Assembly: GCA_963666285.1 (NCBI GenBank)
Contig: OY762711.1
Origin: Sedimentisphaerales bacterium
GTDB lineage: Bacteria; Planctomycetota; Phycisphaerae; Sedimentisphaerales; SM23-30
Strand: one strand, 5' to 3'
Length of the DNA: 64,000 bases
Position numbers and translations under genes: made by a program. This document shows, piece after piece, positions 1-8,901 of this stretch; position 1 is the first letter of the stretch, and each line of letters starts with the position of its first letter. The notes under the pieces are model-generated. The model made no database searches and had not been told where the DNA came from. It saw only the letters and a program-made list of their open reading frames with translations.

Positions 1-1
1 G

Positions 2-1168
2 ATCCACCATTTTATTGGAAAAGATATTACTTATTTTCATGCTTTGTTCTGGCCTGCGATGCTGATGGGTGCCGAGCTGAAAACACCTGACAGACTGGCT
101 ATTCACGGATTTCTGACTGTAAATGGCGAAAAGATGAGCAAAAGTCGTGGTACATTTATTAGTGCATCAACATATCTTAATCATCTTGACCCCCAGTATC
201 TAAGGTACTATTATTTCTGTAAACTTGGGCCGGATACCGGCGATGTCGATCTGAGCCTGGAAGATTTTGTCAGTCGAGTCAACAGCGATCTTATCGGTAA
301 TATTGTAAACCTGGCAAGTCGTTCTGCCCAGATGCTTGGCAAGAACTTTGATGGTAAATGCGGAAAACTAAGCGAAGAAGCTCGCAAACTGCTTACAGGT
401 CTCAAAGATGCGTCTGCCGAGATAGCTGAAAGTTATGAAACACGTAATTTTGCAACTGCTGCACGAAAGATTCGTGCCCTGGCAGATGAGGTAAACAAAT
501 ATTTTGATGAACGCAAACCTTGGGTGGCTATAAAAGAAGATAAGGAACATGCATTAGAGTCATTGACAGCTACTCTCAATGCGGTTCGGATTCTTACCAC
601 TTATGTGAAGCCGGTACTGCCGGTTCATGCGGAAAAAATAGAAAAGTTATTAAATATCAGTCCGCTCACCTGGGCAAATATTGCCGATGAGCTGGAAGAT
701 CATCAGATAAACAAATTTGAAAGATTAATGGAAAGGGTTGACCCTAAAAAGGTAGAAGCTATGGTAGAAGAAAGTAAAGAACAACAGGCAGCGGAACAGG
801 CTCCTGCAGCAACCGGTCCACTGGCAGAAGATCCAATAGCAGAGGAAATTGATTTTGACCAGTTTATGAAGGTTGACCTTCGTGTTGCTGAGATTGTCGA
901 AGCGGAAATAATTGAAGAAGCTGATAAGTTGCTTCGCTTCCAGGTTGACCTGGGCGGCGAAAGACGCCAGATTATTGCCGGTATACGCAAGGCATACAAA
1001 CCGGAAGATATGATCGGCCGCAAGGTTGTTATTGTTGCCAACCTGAAGCCTCGCAAGATGAAATTTGGAATGTCTGAGGGTATGATAATTGCAGCCGGTC
1101 CTGGCGGCGAGGAAGTATTTGTGACCAGTCCTGACGAAGGGGCCAAACCCGGACAGAGACTGCACTAA
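2..1168 (+). CDS. metG: Methionyl-tRNA synthetase, C-terminal part (starts before the window), with C-terminal tRNA-binding domain
   Basis: Frame open from base 2 (IHHFIGKDITYFHALFWP); KMSKS motif; C-terminal DLRVAEI...ANLKPRKMKFGMSEGM OB-fold. Confidence 0.97.
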   Translation: MHHFIGKDITYFHALFWPAMLMGAELKTPDRLAIHGFLTVNGEKMSKSRGTFISASTYLNHLDPQYLRYYYFCKLGPDTGDVDLSLEDFVSRVNSDLIGNIVNLASRSAQMLGKNFDGKCGKLSEEARKLLTGLKDASAEIAESYETRNFATAARKIRALADEVNKYFDERKPWVAIKEDKEHALESLTATLNAVRILTTYVKPVLPVHAEKIEKLLNISPLTWANIADELEDHQINKFERLMERVDPKKVEAMVEESKEQQAAEQAPAATGPLAEDPIAEEIDFDQFMKVDLRVAEIVEAEIIEEADKLLRFQVDLGGERRQIIAGIRKAYKPEDMIGRKVVIVANLKPRKMKFGMSEGMIIAAGPGGEEVFVTSPDEGAKPGQRLH

Positions 1169-1228
1169 GGCATTTTGGTTATTTTCAAGCCAAAGATGTG
1201 TTTTTGCCGGTAATATACATATGAATTC

Positions 1229-1268
1229 AAACAGTGAGCATTGTATTGTATTGCTCGCTGTTTTTTTT
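1229..1268 (+). terminator. Intrinsic terminator after metG
   Basis: Stem AAACAGTGAGCA / TGCTCGCTGTTT followed by a T run, between convergent genes. Confidence 0.8.
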
Positions 1269-1285
1269 GTAGTTTTTTTGTTATT

Positions 1286-2773
1286 CTACTTCATTTCGTA
1301 TATGGTGTAATTATGAAGATATTCTTCTAATTCTTCAGCAGTGCCAAAATTCCCGTCGATTAGCTTATCTATTATATCTTTAATTTTCACAGAACTTTTA
1401 TCGGTTTTTGACCAGATAAAGTATTTCGTAATAACTTCATTTTTAGTAATTGGCTGATAGCCGTATAAATCGGAAGATGTAAATATGTCCTGGATTAGCA
1501 GGTTCTTCTTATAAGCTTTTAATATCTCCAGGCTATCTGCGTATCGGCCGTTTTCATTTTTATACATTTCATTGGCCAACATTATCTTTAGTATTTCCTG
1601 ACCGGCTATACTATTACCTATTATATTTATGTAGCCTATGATATCCGGGAAGGCATCTTTCACCGGATTGTAAATATGGTTTCCAAGCTGGTTAACTTTA
1701 TGGCTGATAGTTTTGAATTCTTTTTGCATTCTATGAAAATCATATTGGCTTGCCGTTTGTAGCTTTTGGCTTATTTCAAGGTATTTAATTGCGTTCAGTT
1801 TAGTCAGTCCGCTGTATTTATAAAATTTAGCTTCATCATGGTCAACTGAAGAGTCCCATTTCTGATGGTGGTGGTATTCTCTTAGTCTGAAAATCATAAA
1901 AACAGATTCTGTTTGCAGTATAGAAGGTAATACTGCTTTATGGTCAATAGGAATAATCTGGCTGTATAACCTGGCGAGCTGGTAATTGGTGATAATATTT
2001 TCTTTAATAATCCACCTGATTGTGTCGTCCAGAATATTCCTGCAATTAATAGAAACTGTCATTTGATAAAACGATAAAGGTCTATTCTGACTTGACCTAT
2101 TGACTACTTCGTACCATTTGCATAATAAGTTAACAGCTTCATCGATTTTACCATCATTTACATATGATATTGCCAGATATTGAACCAATAAAGTTGCCTG
2201 TTCAAATTCGTATAAACCTTCACTGCCAGATTCAAAGCCTTTTCTCCAGTTTGTTTTATCGCGAAACCGGCTGATGTTCATAGCTTCTGATAATGCCTGG
2301 ACTTGTTTTGTATTGGCCTCAAGGTATTTTGGAAGATTTTCTTTATCTTTATAGCTCATATTGAATATATCATATGGCCTATATCCATATATCGGAGGGG
2401 TATCTTCATCCTGACTGTTTGTTTGTAATGTAGAACTCATGCCAGAGATCGGTCCCATACCACCCATACCTGGCATTGGCATGCCCATTCCCATGCTCAT
2501 ACCCGGTCTAAAACGATCCGGTTCTGTCGGCCAGTCTTCCAGTTTGCCGGCAATTAGAATATAATCAACGGCATTATCTCGGTTTTTGTCTTTTTCTGCT
2601 ATTTTTGCCAGGTCAACAAAAGTAACAGGTTGGCCATTTGAACGTAATTCTTTCTCAGCAGTTTCCAGCTTATTAGAGACTGATTTAACCCATACAAAAT
2701 ATAGTACTATCGGAGTGATAACGGTGATTACAACCAGAATACGCCAGTATAGCAGATAATTCTTTTTTGCCAT
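1286..2773 (-). CDS. Membrane-anchored hypothetical protein, paralogue A of a four-gene array
   Basis: 495-aa ORF with N-terminal hydrophobic anchor, a Met/Gly-rich linker and a C-terminal 'ANEMYKNENGRYADSLE...DIFT...YGY' segment loosely reminiscent of pseudopilin-G-like tails. Confidence 0.85.
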   Translation of the reverse strand: MAKKNYLLYWRILVVITVITPIVLYFVWVKSVSNKLETAEKELRSNGQPVTFVDLAKIAEKDKNRDNAVDYILIAGKLEDWPTEPDRFRPGMSMGMGMPMPGMGGMGPISGMSSTLQTNSQDEDTPPIYGYRPYDIFNMSYKDKENLPKYLEANTKQVQALSEAMNISRFRDKTNWRKGFESGSEGLYEFEQATLLVQYLAISYVNDGKIDEAVNLLCKWYEVVNRSSQNRPLSFYQMTVSINCRNILDDTIRWIIKENIITNYQLARLYSQIIPIDHKAVLPSILQTESVFMIFRLREYHHHQKWDSSVDHDEAKFYKYSGLTKLNAIKYLEISQKLQTASQYDFHRMQKEFKTISHKVNQLGNHIYNPVKDAFPDIIGYINIIGNSIAGQEILKIMLANEMYKNENGRYADSLEILKAYKKNLLIQDIFTSSDLYGYQPITKNEVITKYFIWSKTDKSSVKIKDIIDKLIDGNFGTAEELEEYLHNYTIYEMK

Positions 2774-2786
2774 ATAATTCTTCCTG

Positions 2787-4220
2787 TTACTTGGCTTTTA
2801 TACGGTAAATTATAAATTCTTTGTCATGATTGTCCGGCAGTTCTTTGATGGAATTCAAGTCGTCAGCAATCATTTTGTCAATAACATCTTTAATTTCACT
2901 ATAGGTTTTATCCGATTTGGACCAGATAAAATATTCTAATATTTTATTGTCGGTTGTGATTGTTCTATATCCAAATTGGTCACTGGCAGTAAACATGTCA
3001 TTGATGTCGAGGTCAGGCTTATATTGTTTTAGAGTTTCCAGGTTTTCTGCGTATGTTTCATTATTATTTTTGTACATTTCGTTGGCGATTATGATTTTAA
3101 GTATTTGCTGGCCGGCTTTTGTTCTATGCATCGAAACGGCAAATCTTGATGTTGGTGGAAAGAAAATTCTGAATGGTCTGTAGATGAACCTGTTAGAATT
3201 CTCAATTTCCAGATCAATTTTTTTTGCTGTTTGCATATTTGCCATTTGGAAGTATTCATATTTAGATGTTTGTTTGAGTTTGTCACAAGTTTCGTAATAT
3301 TTTATAGCATTAAGCTTTGTTAGGCCGCTATAGTAATAAAAATAACTTTCAATATCACTTAAATCGATATCCAATTCATTCAGTCTGTTGTATTTTTCTA
3401 AAAATGTCAATCCAAAAACTATTTCTGTTTCATATGCTCTTGGAATAATTTCTTTGCAATCGACAGGCTTTATCGAATTGTACAGTCTGGATAATTGTTC
3501 ATCATTCAGATTGATTTCACTTATCATCCAGTTTGCAGTTTCGTTTAGTAAAGAAATGCATCCAATAGATACAAGAGCCTGGATTATGGTGTATGGTCGG
3601 TTATCTGAAGAGTTGTTAACAAGATTGTACCAGTTACAGAGCAGGCTGACAGCAGATTCAATTTCTCCATCGTGAACCAGGTCGATAGTTTTGTGCTGTA
3701 TGAGCCTGGTTGCATCTTTATAGTTTGAGAGACTTGGCAGTAGGACATTAATTCCATCAAGCCAGTCTGTTTTTTCGGCATACCAGCCGATTTTTATTGC
3801 GTTATCAATTGCTTCCAGTTGAGGTTTGTGAGCTTTTAAATATTCCTTGAGATTAACTTTGTCCTGGTCGGTCATTTGGAAGATATTTTCAGGATAATAA
3901 CCGTAAACCGGCACCTCATCAGTTGTGTTATGTCTTTTCATGCCTATCCCTCGAGCATCGGAGTCGGGGGCAGGCGGCCAATCTTTGATTTCGCCGGCTT
4001 CAATGATGTATTCAAATGCGTTTTCTTTGTTTTCATACTGTGCGGCTATCTCTGCCAGGTTTTCTAAAGTTACCGGGTTACCGGCAGCTTTCATTTTTTC
4101 TTTGATTGATTTTAGCTGGTATGAGATAGTTTCCAGCCAGATTATGTATAACAGAATCGGTGTAAACAGTAATGCAATTAGTATATTTCTCCAGCAGAAT
4201 ATATTCTTTTTTGCCATCAT
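2787..4220 (-). CDS. Membrane-anchored hypothetical protein, paralogue B
   Basis: 477 aa; starts MAKKNIFCWRN; AGGA upstream; alignable to its neighbours over the full length. Confidence 0.85.
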   Translation of the reverse strand: MMAKKNIFCWRNILIALLFTPILLYIIWLETISYQLKSIKEKMKAAGNPVTLENLAEIAAQYENKENAFEYIIEAGEIKDWPPAPDSDARGIGMKRHNTTDEVPVYGYYPENIFQMTDQDKVNLKEYLKAHKPQLEAIDNAIKIGWYAEKTDWLDGINVLLPSLSNYKDATRLIQHKTIDLVHDGEIESAVSLLCNWYNLVNNSSDNRPYTIIQALVSIGCISLLNETANWMISEINLNDEQLSRLYNSIKPVDCKEIIPRAYETEIVFGLTFLEKYNRLNELDIDLSDIESYFYYYSGLTKLNAIKYYETCDKLKQTSKYEYFQMANMQTAKKIDLEIENSNRFIYRPFRIFFPPTSRFAVSMHRTKAGQQILKIIIANEMYKNNNETYAENLETLKQYKPDLDINDMFTASDQFGYRTITTDNKILEYFIWSKSDKTYSEIKDVIDKMIADDLNSIKELPDNHDKEFIIYRIKAK

Positions 4221-4228
4221 TTATTCCT

Positions 4229-5644
4229 TTATTTAGTCTTTACTCTGTAGATTCGTAAATGTTCTTTGCTGATACTATCCGGCAGGTCATTCACAGTGTC
4301 CATATTTTCGGAGATCATATTATCTATAATAGATTGTATTTCGATGTCAGTTTTATCTGTTCTTGACCAGATGAAATATTCTTCGGTTTTACCGTTGACA
4401 GTTACAGGTTTATAACCAAGTGTGTCTGTTTTAGTGAATATATCATTGATTTCCAGGTCGGGTTTATATTGTTTGAGTATTTCGAGACTGTCGGCATAAC
4501 TGCCATTGTCATTCTTGTGCATTTCGTTTGCAATAATTACTTTTAAAATATTTTCTTTCGATAGTATCATTCCAGTTAGGAAAATAAAATGATTGTATGG
4601 GCTGGCAGTATTCAATGGTTTGTAAATAATTTTTTTGGCTAGTTTTTCGATATCATGGTCTATTGTTTTAGACTCCTTATAAGTGTCATAAAATGGCAAC
4701 TGGCATGCCCCCATATACCTTTCATAGAACTCACTGTATCTGCCGGCATTAAGTTTATTAAGGCCGCTATACGTAAAAATTAATCTTACTACTTTATAGC
4801 CACCTGAATAATTACTGGCATCAAGTTGAGTTAATTCTGTGAGAATATATACACTATTATTTTGAACAGCTCTTTTAATTATTTGGTGATGATCAAAAAT
4901 GTTTATGGCAGAGTATTGCTTGCTCAATTGTTCATTAGTTAATTCTTTTTCTCTTAGCAGCCAAAAGATACAATCATCCAGTAGACCCAGTTCCGAAAAA
5001 GAAACAAGGTCATGAATTAAATATCGAGGTTCATTGTTTAATGAGTTGTAAATGACAGAATGCCACCGACTAAGCCATTCAATGGCTTCATCTATCCTAC
5101 CGTCGAATATCAGGTCAATTGCCTTGTATTTGGCTAGTTTTGTGGCCTCTTTAATTATCGCTAATGGTGGAAGAATCAAATCTAAGCCGTCTTCCCATTT
5201 TATTCGGCCCTGGTACCAACCGATATTCATTGCTTTGCAAAGGCTGTCAAGTTGTGTTTGGTTGTCTTTGAGGTATTTTTTCAGGTTTAGTCTATCCTGC
5301 TCTGTCATGTCAAAAAAGTCGGCAGGCATGTAACCATAGGGTAATTCAGGCGGTGCTGAAATGGTCTTTGCTGTACCAATACCTGAAACATCTGGGCTAA
5401 TCTGCCATTTTTCGATATTTCCAGCTTCAATGATGTATTCTAATGCATTTTCTCTATTTTCATTCTGTGCGGCTATCTCTGCCAGGTCTTCAAAAGTTAC
5501 CGGATTTCCGGCAGCTCTCATTTCTTCTTTGATAGATTTCAGCTGGTATGTGATTATCTCCAGCCAGATAATATAAAACAGTATAAAAGTGAGCAGTATC
5601 AATATTATTATATTTCGCCAGCAGAATATATTCTTTTTTGCCAT
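4229..5644 (-). CDS. Membrane-anchored hypothetical protein, paralogue C
   Basis: 471 aa; same architecture (MAKKNIFCWRN...YSGL.KLNA...ANEM.KN). Confidence 0.85.
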   Translation of the reverse strand: MAKKNIFCWRNIIILILLTFILFYIIWLEIITYQLKSIKEEMRAAGNPVTFEDLAEIAAQNENRENALEYIIEAGNIEKWQISPDVSGIGTAKTISAPPELPYGYMPADFFDMTEQDRLNLKKYLKDNQTQLDSLCKAMNIGWYQGRIKWEDGLDLILPPLAIIKEATKLAKYKAIDLIFDGRIDEAIEWLSRWHSVIYNSLNNEPRYLIHDLVSFSELGLLDDCIFWLLREKELTNEQLSKQYSAINIFDHHQIIKRAVQNNSVYILTELTQLDASNYSGGYKVVRLIFTYSGLNKLNAGRYSEFYERYMGACQLPFYDTYKESKTIDHDIEKLAKKIIYKPLNTASPYNHFIFLTGMILSKENILKVIIANEMHKNDNGSYADSLEILKQYKPDLEINDIFTKTDTLGYKPVTVNGKTEEYFIWSRTDKTDIEIQSIIDNMISENMDTVNDLPDSISKEHLRIYRVKTK

Positions 5645-5657
5645 ACTATGCTTTCAG

Positions 5658-7115
5658 TTATTTGGATTTGATTCTGTAAATTATAAAATCATTATCAAAA
5701 TCGTCAGACAGATCGTTGGTGGAATTCAAGTCGTCAGCGATCATTTTGTCAATAACATCTTTAATGTCACTGTCAGTTTTATCCGTTTTTGACCAAGTAA
5801 AATATTCTAATATTTTATTGTCGGTTGTGATTGTTCTATATCCAAACTGGTCACTGGCAGTAAACATGTCATTGATGTCGAGGTCAGGCTTATATTGTTT
5901 AAGAACCTCAAGGCTTTCTGCGTAATTGCCTTTTTCGTTCTTATACATCTCGTTTGCGAGAATAATTTTCAGGATTTCCTGGGTTGCGGTACTCTTGCCA
6001 ATGAGAAAAGTAACTCTGTCCATTGCAGGAAATACATCTTTAATTGGTTTATAGATAATTTTTCCAAGTTTTTCAATTTCCTGTCCGATTGTTTCGTATT
6101 CTTTTTTCATATGATAATAATCATACTGGCTTGCTGCTATGTACTTTTCTATTGCTTCGCTATGTTTTATCGCATTCAGTTTTGCCAGTCCGCTGTATCC
6201 ATAAATTTTAGCCTCAGCCGGTTGTACGGAAGAATACGATATGTTATAATTCTGGTAATCTGTCAGGCAGGAAAGGGCAAAAACGGCCTCAGTCTGCAGT
6301 ATCTGCGGAAGTATAGTAATATGGTCTATAGGCTTAATTTGTTCATATAGACGTGTAAGCTGTTCATTTGTCAGGGAATTTTCTCTCAGCATCCATCTTA
6401 CCGTATCGTCCAGCAGGTATCTGCAGCTTATAGAAACCAACGCCTGTATGAGGGTGTATGGTCTATTCTGATTTGACTGCTGTATCATATCATACCACGA
6501 ATTCAGCAGATTAACTGCTTCATCAATCTTGTTATTATTTACATACGAAATAGCCTGGTATTTTACCAGACTGGTTACATGCTTGAGTTCTGATAATCCC
6601 TCCCAAATACCATCCTCTCCATCTTGCCAGTTTATCCTTTCTGCATACCAGCCGATCTTAATAGCATTGTTTAATGCCTCAAGTTGTGTTTTATTAGCTT
6701 TGAGATATATGTCAAGATTTTGCTTATCTTCTTCATTCAGGTTGAAAAAATCCATTGGCATATAGCCATAGACAGGTGGCTTTTTTTCTTCTGGTGTTGC
6801 TGTTGAAACTGTTGTAGCTGGCACGCCCATGCCCATTCCAGGCATTCCCATACCTCCGGCAATCGGCTTGGTTGGCCATTCTTCCAGACTGCTGGCTTCC
6901 ATTATATAGTTTATTGCGTTTGTCTTATCGTTATTTTCTGCTGCAATATTAGCCAGGTCTTCAAAAGTTACCGGATTTCCGGCAGCTCTCATTTCTTCTT
7001 TGATAGATTTCAGCTGGTAAGATACCGTTTCCCGCCATATCACATATGATATTATGGGTGTCAGAAGAATTACTATGATTATATTTCTCCAGCAGAATAC
7101 ATTCTTTTTTGCCAT
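5658..7115 (-). CDS. Membrane-anchored hypothetical protein, paralogue D (first in the operon)
   Basis: ATG at 7115 (MAKKNVFCW) matches the paralogue starts; AGGGA upstream. Confidence 0.85.
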   Translation of the reverse strand: MAKKNVFCWRNIIIVILLTPIISYVIWRETVSYQLKSIKEEMRAAGNPVTFEDLANIAAENNDKTNAINYIMEASSLEEWPTKPIAGGMGMPGMGMGVPATTVSTATPEEKKPPVYGYMPMDFFNLNEEDKQNLDIYLKANKTQLEALNNAIKIGWYAERINWQDGEDGIWEGLSELKHVTSLVKYQAISYVNNNKIDEAVNLLNSWYDMIQQSNQNRPYTLIQALVSISCRYLLDDTVRWMLRENSLTNEQLTRLYEQIKPIDHITILPQILQTEAVFALSCLTDYQNYNISYSSVQPAEAKIYGYSGLAKLNAIKHSEAIEKYIAASQYDYYHMKKEYETIGQEIEKLGKIIYKPIKDVFPAMDRVTFLIGKSTATQEILKIILANEMYKNEKGNYAESLEVLKQYKPDLDINDMFTASDQFGYRTITTDNKILEYFTWSKTDKTDSDIKDVIDKMIADDLNSTNDLSDDFDNDFIIYRIKSK

Positions 7116-7210
7116 GAACAATCCCTTTCATAACTCTTAGTTGCTATTTAATTTGAATTCCAAACAAGTCATAATATCTATAATAACAATTTTGGAAATG
7201 AAATTATAAC

Positions 7211-7243
7211 AAAAAAACCATTGCTGTAAAAAATAGCAATGGT
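7211..7243 (-). terminator. Intrinsic terminator after the GH43 genes
   Basis: Stem ACCATTGCT / AGCAATGGT next to an A7 run (U-tract on the minus strand). Confidence 0.75.
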
Positions 7244-7282
7244 CTGGTATGTTTCTGGGTAGTTGTGTGTAAATGTGTCTTT

Positions 7283-8800
7283 CTAAAACGGCATTGGTTG
7301 TGGTGAAGAGGTCGGTCCCCAAATTTCCAGAATATCCGGGCCGTTTTTTTGCGGCACAAACTGTACTCTATCGATTGACATTGCCCTTGGTTCGGTCTCA
7401 TTTAAGGTATTATGGCGATGGTATACGATAAACATATTCTTTCCGTCGGGCGATGTGGTCAAAGTATGATGTGCTGTTCCATGTGCATATGATGTAGATT
7501 TCATGATTGGGTTATATTCATACTTTTTCCATGGTCCCAGCGGGTTTTCGCTTGTTGCATAACCTACCGCATATTCCGGACTCTCGAAATGGCTGCCGGA
7601 ATATGTCAGATAATACGTCCCTTTATGCTTGATGATTTCCGGTCCTTCGGTAACCCTGGCCATATGCTGTTCCCAGGCCTGGTCCGGTCTCACCATCATC
7701 TTTAGACTGCTTTCATCAACGCTTATCATATCATCGTTTAGCTTGCCGCCCCAGATTTCGTTTCCGTTATTAAAGTGTACATAATAGAAGTAATACTGGC
7801 CATCGTCATCCTTAAAGACATGGCCGTCAATCTTTATTGAATCAGGTTCTATTGGATTTTGTACTTTCTGTACAAATGGTCCAAGAGGCGTTTTGGCTAT
7901 AGATACACACATTCTCTCTGCTGCGGCATGGTAAAGATAATATACACCGTCTTTTTCTACTATATCGGGGGCCCAGAAGCCCCAATCACCCCAGCTGTCA
8001 TCATTTTTCAGAATATAGCCGTGGTCCTCCCAATCTACCAGGTTCTTGGAGGTGTACAGCCTTATTCCTTTGGTCATCCTGGGGAAGTCAGGTGAATATG
8101 TACAATATGCGTAGTAAGTTCCATTAAATATTTTCACCACCGGGTCAGCACATCCGGCTTGAACAGGGTTGGTATAGCTCTTTTTCAGTTTAGCTGGGGA
8201 GTATTCCTTTATGCTGAAGTTGCGAAAACTTACTTTGCCGCCCAGTGCCCTCAGTCCGATCTGGCCATTGGTAAATGTGCTGTTAATACCGTCGATCTTT
8301 GGAAAACGTAACACAGGCTCCTTCATATTGTCAACATAAAATAATATATGGTTGCCGGCAGCCAGCAGACGAAGTTTGTACCATTTGCCAGCGATAATAT
8401 CACCTGGTTTGGATGCCACCAGATTCCAGTTATTATCTACGCTGCCCCATATAGCCATATTGCTTTTGGTATCAATTCCGGCATAATATCCTTTATAGGC
8501 ATCGACGCCTTCTCCAGGCTCAGATACTCTGAATACAAATCCTGCCTGGCTGCCTTTTGTTTCCGCTTTGACTTCAACCTGAACTTCAAAGTCTGAGATT
8601 TTCAGATCTTTTATAAGAAGTTTTGGCCCACCCTCACCATTAACATTCAGTGTTTTATTGTCAACAGACCAGTTGCCGCCAAAAGTCTGCCAGCTGGTTA
8701 GCTTTTTATTGCTGAAATTATCCTGGAATATTATTTTGCCGTGTAAAATGTTTATTGTCAGCAGGAAAAATATTGATGTGAATAGTACGATTCTTTTCAT
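7283..8800 (-). CDS. Secreted GH43 glycoside hydrolase with N-terminal DUF1080-like beta-sandwich domain
   Basis: Signal peptide; GH43 motifs CADP, WAPD, IDGH, TEGP, HGTAHH; N-terminal domain ends in GQIGL...FRNFSI. Confidence 0.88.
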   Translation of the reverse strand: MKRIVLFTSIFFLLTINILHGKIIFQDNFSNKKLTSWQTFGGNWSVDNKTLNVNGEGGPKLLIKDLKISDFEVQVEVKAETKGSQAGFVFRVSEPGEGVDAYKGYYAGIDTKSNMAIWGSVDNNWNLVASKPGDIIAGKWYKLRLLAAGNHILFYVDNMKEPVLRFPKIDGINSTFTNGQIGLRALGGKVSFRNFSIKEYSPAKLKKSYTNPVQAGCADPVVKIFNGTYYAYCTYSPDFPRMTKGIRLYTSKNLVDWEDHGYILKNDDSWGDWGFWAPDIVEKDGVYYLYHAAAERMCVSIAKTPLGPFVQKVQNPIEPDSIKIDGHVFKDDDGQYYFYYVHFNNGNEIWGGKLNDDMISVDESSLKMMVRPDQAWEQHMARVTEGPEIIKHKGTYYLTYSGSHFESPEYAVGYATSENPLGPWKKYEYNPIMKSTSYAHGTAHHTLTTSPDGKNMFIVYHRHNTLNETEPRAMSIDRVQFVPQKNGPDILEIWGPTSSPQPMPF

Positions 8801-8901
8801 TGTAACTAGATCCTCTTAGGTTGACATTTTTTTATCCGATATTTGTCATTATTCTAGCTGTAATAAAGAATATAACAACTATTTTCTATCGGATGGATTC
8901 A

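Noticed and set aside
1286..7115. Diversity-generating retroelement acting on the paralogue array
   Set aside because: No reverse transcriptase or non-coding template repeat; the near-identical tracts lie within coding paralogues and differences do not appear adenine-specific.
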